This document shows, piece by piece, positions 1-12,509 of a stretch of DNA of 64,000 nucleotides (positions are counted from its first letter, which is position 1; each line of letters starts with the position of its first letter). This stretch comes from Eledone cirrhosa (taxonomy: Eukaryota), in the NCBI GenBank assembly GCA_964016885.1, contig OZ024746.1, forward strand, positions 94,054,001-94,118,000, given 5' to 3'. The notes beneath the pieces were generated by a model. That model was not told where the DNA came from. It saw only the letters and a program-made list of their open reading frames with translations, and ran no database searches. The position numbers were made by a program, and so were the translations under genes.

Positions 1-185
1 ATATATATATATAACGTATATATATATATATGTATATATGAGAGTGTGTGTGTGAGAAGTCTAACGTTTCTAGAGTAGGTATTTAGGTAAAAGATTTGAG
101 GTCGACCATTGTCTGGGTAGAACTAGTGAGGGGCTGGAATTGACAATACTTGAAATACCTTATCAATAAGCAAGGACCTAAATAG

Positions 186-241
186 AACAACAACAACAGC
201 AGCAACAACAACAACAGCAGCAACAACAGCAACAGCAACAA

Positions 242-272
<31 letters not shown>

Positions 273-558
273 AGCAGCAACAACAACAACAACAGCAACA
301 GCAACAACAGCAGCAACAACAACAACAACAACAGCAGCAGCAGCAACAACAACAACAACAGCAACAGCAACAACAGCAGCAACAACAACAACAACAACAG
401 CAGCAGCAACAGCAACAACAACAGCAGCAACAGCAACAACAACAACAACAACAACAGCAACAACAACAACAACAACAGCAGCAGCAGCAACAACAACAAC
501 AACAACAACAACAGCAGCAGCAGCAGCAACAACAACAACAACACCAGCAACAACAACT
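186..558. repeat. (CAA/CAG)n trinucleotide microsatellite
   Basis: Near-pure CAA/CAG run; source of the poly-L and poly-C ORFs. Confidence 0.97.
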
Positions 559-684
559 AAGCAATCAAATCAACAATGATGGCAACGTTTTACCGCCATT
601 GATTTTAATGATTTCGGCAGATCAATATCTTGATTGATTTACACAATATAACTTCTGCTTTTTTTTTCTTTTGTTATTGCTTTC

Positions 685-830
685 CGTTGTTGTTGCTGCT
701 GTTGTTGTTGTTGTTGTTGTTGCGTTTGTTGTTGTTGTTGTTGTTGTTATTATTGTTGTTGTTGCTGCTGTTGTTGTTGTTATTGTTGTTGTTGCGGTTG
801 TTGTTGTTGCTATTATTATTGTTGTTGTTG
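685..830. repeat. (GTT)n-rich microsatellite
   Basis: Direct reading. A CAA-rich low-complexity tract also lies at about 1100-1265. Confidence 0.93.
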
Positions 831-965
831 TACTTGCCTCTGATGCCAAGCAGTGTGATTGAACCTGGGTCTTCATGATAAGTAGAAACGATCTTAAAAT
901 GTGAACATTGCAGAGCAATCTGAATCCTGTGGGTGGTTCAGTTTTATGTACTGGTGTCATTTTGT

Positions 966-1085
966 GAAGGCTCGTGGCTTAGGGGTTAGGGAGATCGGCT
1001 CACGATCGCTCTGTGTCCTTGAGTAAGACACTTTATTTCACGTTGATTCAGTCCACTCAGCTGGCAAAAGCTACTTGTACCTTCA
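966..1085 (+). mobile_element. SINE-B (tRNA head plus CORE-like domain), internally deleted
   Basis: GGCTCGTGGCTTAGGGGTTAGG A-box head, then GTGTCCTTGAGTAAGACACTTTATTTCACGTTG (CORE-like). Homologues at 3967, 15770 and 18812. Confidence 0.75.
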
Positions 1086-1698
1086 AGGCCAAAACAAAAT
1101 CAACAACAACAATGAAACTATTAATATTAACACCACCAAAACCAATATCGACAACAACAACAAAATCAACAATAACAATAACATCAACTGCAACAACAAA
1201 ATCATCAACATCAACGACAACAGAACAATAAAAACACCACCACCACCAACAACAACAAAAATCAACAAGTACTACAGCTATCTCGTCAACAAAACGAACG
1301 GACAGGAAACAATGAAGCTATATGACCCCTTAAAAAAGAATAGATACTAATTATTTAGGCTAGCAAGCCTGAACAGACAAATAAAGAAATAAGTGTGAGG
1401 AAACCGGGGTCTCTACTTCAAAGATGATATCCCTTTAAACCATGCTGGAGATTCTACTTCAAATGTGATAACTTCTTAAAACCTTACTCCACTTTCTTCT
1501 TTAATTAGTTAGATTAGTAAAATAATCCTTCTTAACGATTCGACTGGATGAATTTGAAACACGTGCTCCGAAACAAAAGAAGTTAAAGTACAATTCTTCC
1601 TTTTTTTATAAAAGAAGGTGAAAAGAACATCTATGAGCCTTGAACTTCTGATGGCATTGTAGGGCCACCTTCTTAGATATTTAAACCTGATAGAGCCC

Positions 1699-1699
<1 letters not shown>

Positions 1700-1758
<59 letters not shown>
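1700..1758. repeat. (CT)n microsatellite
   Basis: Direct reading. Confidence 0.97.
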
Positions 1759-1759
<1 letters not shown>

Positions 1760-2199
1760 GGTTTGAGAACAACATATTTCTTCCAGAGAAAGAAAGACAA
1801 AGAGAAAGTGAAAAAATAGAGTAAGATACAGGAAGAATCAATTCTAATATTGGACTGTTACTTTTTATTTATCACCCTAAAAAAGAGTGAATAGCAAAGG
1901 TAGACTCGAGATTTGAACTGCGAGAGCCAGATCAAATACTGTGAAGTATTCTATCGGACTTTTGGCAAAGGTAGACTCGGGATTTGAACTTCGAGAGCCA
2001 GATCAAATTCTATCCGACTTTCTTACGACTCTGCCAACTCATCACAAATTAGTAGTCAATAAATTTATGTAGTCAGAGGGCTAGACTTTCACAGATATTT
2101 AGTTATCTCCCTTTATGTCGTGAGTTCGAATTTCACCCGGGTCGATTTCACTTTTCATTCTCATCCTCAGGTTTCCGTAATTAGTGTAGCCAGACTTTG

Positions 2200-2620
2200 G
2201 GGTGCCAATGAGAAAGTTTTGGCAGTAACAAATCACCACTGGTCTTTGTCTTCTGACATGTGCAGAAGGGTTTCACTGATGAGACCTTTTCAGTCTTTGA
2301 TGGTTTGGGATGATGGTTTTCTTTGACTGCCACTTCTTTCACCTCATTCAACTGTGTCCTGGACAAGGAGTCGTGGTTGGATACATGACCGTACCAGACG
2401 AAATTCCGTCTTGTAACTGTTGCCTGAAGTACCAGCCAATTTGAGCGGTTTACTTAATCCACCGCCCGATTTAACACATTTACATAAAGGAACATAGCTA
2501 TAAAGTGGAAATCACTTCGTTGCAAGCTTTCAGGCCACGTTTCCGATTTGCAGATAATTTCTGCTCAACAATGTGGGAAACCATGGTCGTAAGAAGCTTT
2601 GCTCACTATGCACTCTTCTA
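2200..2620 (-). mobile_element. Decayed RTE-clade LINE 3' fragment
   Basis: Minus strand reads LQATVTRRNFVWYGHVSNHDSLSRT, resembling the RTE C-terminal motif (V.RR.L.WYGHV.R). Confidence 0.55.
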
Positions 2621-2632
2621 TGGACGCACCAT

Positions 2633-2750
2633 TTGGGTTCAAATCCCGCCGAGGTTAACTTTGCCTTTCATCCTTACGGGGTCGATAAAATAAAGTACCA
2701 GTAATACACTGGGTAATTGCTGGCCTTGTGCCAAAAGTAGAAACAATTAA
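2633..2750 (+). mobile_element. SINE-A, 5'-truncated
   Basis: GGTTCAAATCCCGCCGAGGTTAACTTTGCCTTTCATCCTTACGGGGTCGATAAAATAAAGTACC, shared with more than 20 copies in this window. Confidence 0.9.
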
Positions 2751-3210
2751 ATGAATGTTACATGGGTCGATCCTAAATACTGCTCTCTGTTTCAAAATGT
2801 GTGGCCATGGGCGTATGCTAGGAATCAGCAATTATATGTAGTAACAGATGCTGGACGTCGGACTTACGAACATAATGTCGTGGGTTCGATCACTGCATCG
2901 GGTCGTGCATTGTATTCTTTTAGCAAAATACATCATTTCACCTTGCTTTAGTCCACTCAGCAGAAAATAAGCCCAGCAGTAGCTAGAGGATAAGCCTACG
3001 AACGACTGTGATCCTGCCCCAAATAGTGTTATGTACTCGCAGTAGCTTAAGGCCGACAAAACCAGAATAAGCCAGAATAAGCTTGCTAAACCTCCGGGTG
3101 CTCCAGAAAGAAAAAAAACGAAGAAAATGAACGTTGATTACATTCATTTACTCCCCCCCCCCCTTTCTACCTAATGATTGTAAAGTGAACTTCTAAATCA
3201 TTCAGATATA

Positions 3211-3530
3211 CAGTTGTTCCCCGGTATTCGCGGGGGTTACGTTCCTAGAGCAATGCGAAGAGTGAAAAACCGCGAATATTGGAGTGCTACATAAAAATGC
3301 CTATAAACGTCAAAATACGACGTAAAACATAGGCCGGCAAATATGGTATATTGTTATTAATAATTTAGCGTTAAAAACCGTGAAAAAATATATATTGCCA
3401 TGAAAAAAGCCACAAAAAATCGCGGAAGATATTTACGATTCCGCGAATATGCGGTGGTTTCCACGAACAATTATTAGTTATATCAGTTAGGTCCTAAGGA
3501 AAATTCCGTGAATAACCTGAACCGTGGATG
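3211..3530 (+). mobile_element. Tigger/pogo-like MITE remnant
   Basis: TA followed by CAGTTGTTCCCCGGTATTCGCGGGGG (Tigger/MER2-type terminus) and internal CCGCGAATA repeats. The right TIR is not visible. Confidence 0.6.
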
Positions 3531-3562
3531 TTGTTCAGTGATCTAGACATTATTATGTACGG

Positions 3563-3782
3563 CCTGGTGGATTGGCAGTATCAGTAGAGGGTCGGACGCC
3601 ATGCTTTGCAGCAAAGATTTACGGCCCTTTATGGTCTGAGTTCAAATCCCGCCGGGGTTAACTTTGCCTTTTCTCCTTACGGGGTCGATAAAATAAAGTA
3701 CCAGCCACGTACTGGGGTCGATTTAATCGACTTTCCCCTCCCCCAAAACTGCTGGCCTTGTGCCTATACTAGAAACCATTAT
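3563..3782 (+). mobile_element. SINE-A, near full length (tRNA-derived head, Meta/MESC-like core)
   Basis: A-box-like TGGCAGTATCAG, B-box GAGTTCAAATCC, core GCCTTTTCTCCTTACGGGGTCGATAAAATAAAGTACC, tail GCTGGCCTTGTGCC...AGAAAC-ATTA. The core family name is from recall. Confidence 0.9.
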
Positions 3783-3966
3783 GAGATACAAATATGATAT
3801 TTATGGATTCATGGAGGTATAGATATTAGTTTATTTGAGAGAAAGCAACAGACTGACGCTCAGTAATCTCCTCAGCAATGCAGTCATTCAGAACTCTGTT
3901 GAATCGAGGTTCAACTTCCCCCAGTGGGTCTGTCGCTAGTCACAAGTTAGCTGTTCTATCTATAGT

Positions 3967-4085
3967 GAAGGCGTGTGGCTGGGTGGTTAGAGAATTAGAT
4001 TCGCAATCATGAGGTTGTGAGTACGATTCCTGGACCTGGCGATGCGTTATGGCCTTGAGCAAGACACTTTATACTACGTTGCTCC
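3967..4085 (+). mobile_element. SINE-B head and core
   Basis: GAAGGCGTGTGGCTGGGTGGTTAGAG...GAGTACGATTCC...CCTTGAGCAAGACACTTTAT. Confidence 0.8.
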
Positions 4086-4211
4086 TTCTATCTGGATTTG
4101 CGGCCGATAGATAGTATTAGCAACTGGAAAGACTAACGGAAACATTGTTTACTCGGTCCGATTTGACGAAAGTCGATCGACTGTCGATAGTAAGTACTTA
4201 TAAAAATCTCG

Positions 4212-4258
<47 letters not shown>

Positions 4259-4615
4259 ACTTGTTGTGAGCGTGAAGCCAACAGTATTTCATAATATATA
4301 AGTGACTATAAAGTCAAAATGGAAAAATAGTTAACGTAAGATGTGGGAAAATAATTCGAACTCAATTCAAAGAAAATCAAGACATAGAATTTTGTGAAAT
4401 CCAGGAAAAATAAATAGAGCCTTAACTCAGATATATATATATATATAAGATGGTGCCGCAGTCTAATGGCTAAAACTAATAAAAGAACTATGAGGAAAAT
4501 GATTAAGTTTCGTTTACATGTATTTAGCTTTTTATTGTGTTCCGACCTGTTACGCGCATGTATCTATCTATCTATCAAAAAATCTATCTATCTATCAAAA
4601 AATCTATCCACACAT

Positions 4616-4706
<91 letters not shown>

Positions 4707-4789
4707 AAAGGTAAACAGAAATAACAACACAATCGGTACACAGCAAATAGCCTAAACCGGACGCCAAACTTTACGCCTGACTCATGCCA

Positions 4790-4828
<39 letters not shown>

Positions 4829-4835
<7 letters not shown>

Positions 4836-5037
4836 TAAAATAACAGATTAAAGTTTAAGCAAAGAATCGGTGCTTTCACCCTTAACGGGATCTTCTGAAA
4901 GGGTGAAAGCACCGATTCTTTGCTTAAACTTTAATCTGTTATTTTAATAAATATTTGCTTTACGGTTCTTATATATTTGATATATATTTATCCTTATCGA
5001 GCCCTCTTTGGATTTTAGTCTTCAAATTTATTATTAT

Positions 5038-5040
<3 letters not shown>
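4829..5040 (+). mobile_element. Penelope-like non-autonomous remnant with fold-back (about 55-bp arms)
   Basis: Inverted repeat 4829-4883/4899-4953 between two (TA)n tracts; the arm and loop carry a hammerhead-like remnant (CAGAAGA-TCCC-GTTAA-GGGT-GAAA on the minus strand). Confidence 0.55.
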
Positions 5041-5081
<41 letters not shown>

Positions 5082-5533
5082 CCAGTACAACCTGTTTCAT
5101 ATATATATATATATTCGTGTACTTGCTTGTGTGTGTGTGAATTATTGTATGGATGTGTGCTCGCAAGTGGATGCGTGTGTGTCTATCTACGAATTTTACG
5201 AGCATAGTATTAAATCTCATTGTCTAGGTATGAAAAGTTGCATTGCTTTTAAAATGATATAATAAAAGTAGTTGCTTTACACGGAACATTAAATTGTCAA
5301 CGACTGAACATACGAGATAAATAACAATCTTCGTTATATCATGTTACAAATCTATATGGAGAAATGTAGTTTTTCAATAAATCATAAATCAGTGGTTTTT
5401 TTCTATGATAGATAAAATAAATACTGAATGCAATATTTACTTGGTATATCTGTTGCCCTTAATCAGAGCATAAATTGGCCGTAAAATATGTATAACGTAT
5501 TCGTATGTATGTATGTATATATATATATATGTA

Positions 5534-6167
5534 TGTCGGGTCATTCTTGAGTGCTACTGGTAACATGTAAACCAGTACAATCTGTCGCATGGTCGGGTCG
5601 TCGGCGACTAAACCGGCAACCCCACCAAGTATACTTGGTGAGGAGGGTGATTTTGGACACCCTGCAGGACAAAAAACAACACCTGACAAAGGGCGTAAAA
5701 ACTCATAAGAGTCAACGGCCATCCAAAAGTGTGTAAATATGTATATACACATGTACATATCTATGTATATGTATATGTATATGTGTATATACATGGGTGC
5801 ATGTGTATGTATATGTGCGGGGACATAGCAACAGTCGGGCTGGACACCCGATCACGCGGTTAAACCACTGGGAGTGAAGGACCCCTAGCCTTTGTCAGGG
5901 CATTCTTCTAGGAGAAGGCAACTCAAGAAACTGGGATAACTCCGATATAAAACCCGCGGCTCAGTAGTTACCGATGATGTTGATATTATCTTCTTTTCGG
6001 GTTATAGCTACTGTCGCTCAGGGAGTGGGATTGGCTCAGTGCACAGTCTTTCCTCACTTTAAAAATGATCTTCACACACAGGCATTGCACGATAGAATTA
6101 ATTAAAAATTATTAATAATGGTATATCGTGCAATGGCCATACTCGATAACGAGGGGGCTACCATCAT
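5534..6167 (+). mobile_element. Non-autonomous bipartite RTE-derived element (family R-A)
   Basis: Close copy at 41709-42226; RTE 5'UTR-type motif CTAGGAGAAGGCAACTC; ends GGCCATACTCGATAACGAGGGGGCTACCATC followed by (ATGT)n. Confidence 0.7.
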
Positions 6168-6180
6168 GTATGTATGTATA

Positions 6181-6716
6181 TGTCGGGTCGCTTACGAGCG
6201 CTACTGGTAACATTTAACCCAGTACAACCTGTCTCATGGTCAGGGAGTCGGCGACTAAACCGGCAACCCCAAGCTTGCTTGATGGAGGGGGTGATATTTG
6301 GACACCCTGCGGGATGAAATACAAGACCCATCAAAGGAAGGAGGAACTCGGCAGAGTCAACGGCTATCGAAATAGTACTCTTTTTTCCTTTTTGCCTGTG
6401 AGTGAAAGACTTCCAGTTGTTATCACAACACCTTTCTAAGGGAGGGAAACACTGAGAAAACCCCCCAAAAAACCTGCGGCTTCGGAAGCATCTGATAATG
6501 TTGACCAGTTCTCCTTTTTGGGTAGTGTTTTCGATGCTCAGAGCGTGGGATTGGTTGAGTGCAAGCCCTTTCCCCACTTAAAAAACCTTCAAAGCACAGG
6601 CATTGCTTGTTCAGGATCTGTTACAGGTTCATGTGGCTTGCCGTAGCCTAAAAGTGCACCATTCTCTGTAATCTACAAGTGATTGCAATACTCTTAGCAG
6701 AGTTTCCAGCTATCAT
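6181..6716 (+). mobile_element. Related bipartite element (family R-B), directly in the tail of R-A
   Basis: Same TGTCGGGTC...AAACCGGCAACCCC start as R-A; its 3' part is homologous to 31843-32055 on the minus strand. Confidence 0.7.
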
Positions 6717-6734
6717 GTATATATATATGTGTGT

Positions 6735-7515
6735 GCTTTCAAGTATCTTGGGTCTTGGATCATGGGATTTGAGAAGGATTTCACCACAAGAAAGGCCCAA
6801 GCATGGTCAGCTTGCAACAAGATTGATCAAGTTTGGCGCTCAAATCTTTCCAACCACACCAATATCAAACTCTTCCAAGTCACAATTCAACCAATCTTGC
6901 TATATGGAAGTGAAACATGGACGCTTTCGTCCAAACAACAAAAGCACCTTGATGGCACTTACACTACTACTACCTTGATGGTACTTACACTACTACTACC
7001 TTGCTGGCACCTACACTACTACTACCTTGATGGCACTTACACTACTACTACCTTGCTGGCACCTACACTACTACTACCTTGCTGGCACCTACACTACTAC
7101 TACCTTGATGGTACTTAAACTATTACTACCTTGAGGCACTTACACTACTACTACCTTGAGGCACTTACACTCGCCTGCTTCAACGCATTCAGAACATAAG
7201 CTGGTGACATCTGACTTTGAGAGAGATATATGCTGGCCTCCCACGTATATCTGTTGTTGTATGTAAAAAGGGAGTAAGATTTACTGACCACTGTCATCGT
7301 GTCACCTCTGAGGCTGTGTCCCCATTAGTGCTTTGGAAACCACAAGCAGTCACAAATAACAGGGGGCACAAGCTTTCCTATCCAGATATCATCTCCAGAG
7401 ATTCTGGTATTGAAATCCAGGATTTTGCAACGGCGATGAACGACAGACCCACGTGGAGATCAATTGTTGAGTCCATTTCGGCTGAGGCCGTCGGATGATC
7501 ATGATGACGACGATA

Positions 7516-7555
<40 letters not shown>
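6735..7555 (+). mobile_element. 5'-truncated RTE-like LINE with (GAT)n tail
   Basis: FKYLGSWI...RKAQAWSACNKI...[12 protein letters not shown]...HLDGTYTRLL...DRPTWRSIV with frameshifts, then (GAT)n. Confidence 0.9.
6947..7171 (+). repeat. 26-bp minisatellite (about 9 copies) inside the RTE ORF
   Basis: Unit CCTTGATGGCACTTACACTACTACTA. Confidence 0.95.
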
Positions 7556-7557
<2 letters not shown>

Positions 7558-7619
7558 TGTGTGTATCTATGTATATATGTGTGTATGTATATATGTATGT
7601 ATGTATTCATGCGTATACG

Positions 7620-7683
<64 letters not shown>

Positions 7684-8247
7684 TATATATTTGTGTGTGT
7701 GTATGTGTGTGTGTGTGTGTGTGTGTGTAAGTGTGTGTTTGAAATCGTTCAGTATTTTGAAGAGGTTGCAGTTTGGAAGCGTAGATATAAATGAAGTACA
7801 ATAAATCATTTTTTAATCTCACCTCGATACTGAAATCAATGAAAATCTACGCTACGACAAGCTGTTCTATAAAATACAAGAAAACTGATGCAATTTCTTT
7901 CGAAGCGGAAATCATATATTTCAGTCTATTGCACAACAGTTTATTGTTCTCTGCTAAAGCTATCGGTGTCACCTAACTAATTCCTCTTTTTCACACGTCC
8001 TTGCTGCTGTCGACCAGTGAGATAGATAGCAACAGTTTTTCATCTGTTCTGCTTCCTGTCTTACGCGTCTTTTAGAGTTTTATATAACACTTGACTTTTT
8101 TTTCAGAATAAGGTTTCTGAGTGCTCGGCTCTTGCTAAGAAAACCTTTCAAACATTGCTCAGTGCTGTAGACAGCCAAGGAGTTCATCTAACTAATCTTC
8201 TGCGGGTTTTTCTTTTAATGAAGTCAATAAGTCCTGCTGATAGAGTT

Positions 8248-8299
<52 letters not shown>

Positions 8300-8410
8300 T
8301 ATTTATAAATACGTATAAATACATACATATATATGTACATATAAGTATATACAAACACACACATATATATATATAAACACGCGGGCGCGCACACACACAC
8401 ACACATATCC

Positions 8411-8514
<104 letters not shown>

Positions 8515-9002
8515 CTTATCTATTGCAGGTATTTACATGTGTTTTCTTTAATTTTACGTGTGCAGAGATAAGAACTCCTTCACTTACGTACTTTGTAAGT
8601 TCGTTAATAGGTTAGCGAGAAAGAATGTTGTAGCACATGTTCAGTTTGGGTACGTTAGCTAGTATTGGAAATGAGTCATTCAACTTTGTACTACATAAGC
8701 CACTATGCTACTATTATGAACTGTAAGGACGACCACATAACGGTGAGACTGTGAACATTTTCCGTATGGTTAGGTCGGAATATATCTTTAATAATCCTGT
8801 TATTGGAGTGTCACTCATATGTATCCGCCTCGGAAACGTAGAAATGCAAAGTTAACGTAGAGTTTCAAATCCACACAAAATATTGAAACCTAATCTGGGA
8901 TGAAGGATGTCACATATTTATAGCCTATGCCTTTTACAATTGCATGAACGTAGAGCAGATTCTGGCTCCCAAAGAAACTTATGGCTTACGAGCCAACACA
9001 GA

Positions 9003-9092
9003 GCTTGACCGGCTGACTGGCTTGACCGGCTTGACCGGCTTGTCCGGCTTGTCCGGCTTGACCGGCTTGACCGGCTTGACCGGCTTGTCCGG
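9003..9092. repeat. 9-bp tandem repeat (CCGGCTTGA/T), about 10 copies
   Basis: Direct reading. Confidence 0.92.
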
Positions 9093-9100
9093 TTTAACAT

Positions 9101-9320
9101 GGACTGAAATCGTCGATTTTGACGATTAGTGCTCTAGATCGATCTATAGGACTGAAATCGTCGATTCTGACGATTAGTACCCTAGATCGATCAATAGAAC
9201 AGTGTGATCCTGAAATTAAAGAACAAATGGCTGAACATTCTATAGGCACGTGAACACTTGATACAATTCCATGGAGATTCAGCGGGACAGAGTGTGATAA
9301 GGCTAGTCCTTTGAATTATA
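9101..9320 (-). mobile_element. Diverged SINE-B 3' tail with a 48-bp terminal duplication
   Basis: GGACTGAAATCGTCGATT..GACGATTAGT..CTAGATCGATC occurs twice. The remainder matches, as reverse complement, the tail at 42930-43045. Confidence 0.6.
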
Positions 9321-9406
9321 TGAAATTTGTAACCATTCAGTCAAAATTCTCCATTATCACGCTCTACATTTTTAAAAAGGAGGACATTTTGAAAAATATA
9401 GTTCTA

Positions 9407-9580
9407 CAGGGTGGGCCAGAATTCATGACTCGCTTGTTAGTTATATTTCTTAACATGCTTATTTTATTGTTATTGTATTGTTTTAATTTATATTTTTATT
9501 TCTTAATATACCTCACAGGTTTTTTTATTTATAAATAATCTATAAATAATCAAGTGAGTCATGAATTCTAGCTCACCCTG
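9407..9580. mobile_element. Tc1/mariner-type MITE, 174 bp
   Basis: TA target duplication; TIRs CAGGGTGGGCCAGAATTCATGACTC and GAGTCATGAATTCTAGCTCACCCTG; AT-rich interior. Confidence 0.88.
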
Positions 9581-10239
9581 TAGATATATTGCTGGAAACC
9601 ACCTAGAACAAAGGTGTTCAAGCCTCGAGATTTCCATCGATTTTTTTTCGTTTTCCTTTTTCTTTTTCATCTTCAACAAACGGTGGAAACCCATACGACG
9701 AAGTTATCGAACGTATCCACCCTTCCTTTCTTTTATATGACGGCAAGATGTGATTTTGAAGAAAATTAGGTTGCTATATCTAGCATTTCAGATAACCTTA
9801 CAGACGTCGCGCAACGTTTGCTCGTCATCCTCGCCCATTTGTTAAAGGAGCTAAATTGGTTTCAAAATGCCTAGGTATTAGAAGGGTACTCGTGTCTGTG
9901 GAATACTCAGCCACTTTGTTAAAGGAGCTCGGTATTTGTATAGGTTGGCTGCGTTCTGAGTTCAAATCAGGCGAAGGCCAACTCTGTCTTTCAGTCTTTC
10001 GATGTTGAGTACTGGACTAGTACCGGGGTCAATCCTTCCACTATCTAATCTTTCCTCCCGCCGTCTCTCACTCCTTGTCTTTCTATCTAGAAGAAACTGG
10101 CTGTATTCCGACCAAGAGAGGGATTAGCTCACCAGGTTTAAGATACCCGAGGCCAAAAAAAAAAAAAAAAGAATGTTTCAGAACGGTGGCTCTTACAATT
10201 CCATTCGAAGTTAAGGGTCCTATCCTCTCTTTTTCCTCA

Positions 10240-10560
10240 CATGTTTATTAGTTAAATAATATGATTAGAAAAATACTACAAATATTTAAAAACAGAAAAG
10301 GAAGGGAAAAGCAAGGATTCTAGAGTCACAGAAGAATGGGAGAGGGGAAAGAGGGAGGATGATGGGCTCTGGGCCTAGGGCGCGGTGGTATTGGGGCTGC
10401 GTCCCGCGGACAATAGCCAGTGACACCCGTTGCAACAGCCATCCCACCTCTTCCCGAAACTCTTTCCTCGGACGGGCTGCTGACGTTCCGATCTTGCGGA
10501 GGAGTTCGGAAGTACGGGGTCCGAGTAAGTCTGATATCACGACGCCGGTGACCCGTGCGA
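10240..10560 (-). mobile_element. CRE-like non-LTR retrotransposon 3' end (restriction-like endonuclease C-terminus)
   Basis: LLGPRTSELLRKIG...REEVGWLLQRVSLAIVRG matches the CRE-type motif (GP.A..L...G...RE...L.QR.S.AI.RGN); pyrimidine-rich 3'UTR and AATAAA follow. Confidence 0.75.
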
Positions 10561-10897
10561 AGTTCGAGATTACCATGGGAAGTTCGAGATTACAATGGGA
10601 AGTTCGAGATTACAATGGGAAGTTCGAGATTACCATACGACGTTCGAGATTACCATACGAAGTTCGAGATTACCATGGGAAGTTCGAGATTACAATGGGA
10701 AGTTCGAGATTACCATACTAAGTTCGAGATTACCATGGGAAGTTCGAGATTACCATACGAAGTTCGAGATTACCATGGGAAGTTCGAGATTACCATACGA
10801 AGTTCGAGATTACCATGGGAAGTTCGAGATTACCATACGAAGTTCGAGATTACCATACGAAGTTCGAGATTACCATGGGAAGTTCGAGATTACCATG
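10558..10897. repeat. 20-bp minisatellite, 17 copies
   Basis: AGTTCGAGATTAC followed by CATGGGA, AATGGGA or CATACGA, in exact 20-bp phase. Confidence 0.97.
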
Positions 10898-11398
10898 CTG
10901 TTTAAAAAAAACATTTGAAATTAAAAAAAGAAGCAAAAAACAAAAACAAAAAACAAACAACCCCCCCCCCCCCCCCCCAAAAAAAAAAACAAGCGAACAA
11001 ATATATAACAAAATAAATACATAAATAAATAAATTAAAACAAATAAATAAAACAAATAAAACATTCCCTTGTCTAAAAAGATATCTGATGCCAATAGCGT
11101 GTCTGATTTATGGTTTATTTCTCTGAAGACTGAAGACTGGCTTGTGAAATGAGCTACACAGACACTTCTCACTAGTAAAGGAACTCTCCCTCTCTCTCCC
11201 CCTCTCTTTCACTATTCCCCCCTCTAACAGTACTCTCTCTCCTTCTCTCTATCTATCTTAATCTCTCAATCAATCCCTCTCTCTCAGCCTGTTTCTCTCT
11301 GTTTATTTATCAATATATTTATTGGTCACAAAGGCACAACATCTGTTTCCGACAGCGAATCTCTAATCAGATGAGCGACATATATAAACATAAACACA

Positions 11399-11468
<70 letters not shown>

Positions 11469-11502
11469 TACACACATATATATATGTGTATGTGTGTGTG
11501 CG

Positions 11503-11534
<32 letters not shown>

Positions 11535-12021
11535 CATGTGTATGTATTTATATGTGTGCGCGCGTCTGCAGGCGTGTGTGCGTATGTATTTATGTATGTG
11601 TGTGTATGTGTGTGTATGTGTGTGTATGCATTTATATGTGTGCGTGTGTATGCATTTATATATATGTGCGTGTATGTATGTATTAATATAAATATGTGTG
11701 TGTGTGTGTGTGTGTGTGCATGTATATATATAGGTATATAGATAGGATACAAACATACATTCAGAAATAGGATGATAGGTAACAAGCTGGCTAAATACCT
11801 AGGCATATATACAGGCATTCACACATATACACTATCACACAAGACACACACACCCACACACCCACACAAGCATATATATATATATATACATATACGTATA
11901 TATATATATAAATATATATATATACACATATATATATATTTGTATGTGTGAATATATATATATATTTATATATATATATACGTATATATATATACTCATA
12001 TATATATATTTGTATGTGGGC

Positions 12022-12052
<31 letters not shown>

Positions 12053-12132
12053 CACACACGCATATATATAATATACATATTTGTCTGTGTGAATATATAT
12101 ATATATATATATATATACATACAGACATACAT

Positions 12133-12163
<31 letters not shown>

Positions 12164-12189
12164 CCTAGGTATATATATATATACACATA

Positions 12190-12264
<75 letters not shown>

Positions 12265-12509
12265 ATATATATATATACACATAGATTTATATTTATAAAC
12301 ACCCAAAGAATCGCACGCACTATGACATATCGTCCACTACTCACACATTTTCAGACATATTTCGAATTCTACGCCCAGAGCCAAGAAACTCTGAATATAC
12401 ACACAAACACGTGCACACATTTACATCCACATATATACATATCTGTATGCATACAGTCATAGCTATTATGCTTTACTATACGCACACTCACACACATTTA
12501 CATATATAC

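Noticed and set aside
186-558. Poly-glutamine coding exon
   Set aside because: The poly-Gln frame is closed by TAG just before and TAA just after the run, and no flanking coding sequence is recognisable.
3563-3655. SINE heads as tRNA genes
   Set aside because: A and B boxes are present, but there is no cloverleaf and they run into a repeated SINE body.
10558-10897. CRISPR-like look (constant 13 nt plus variable 7 nt)
   Set aside because: The variable parts are three recurring variants, not unique spacers; eukaryotic context and no cas genes.
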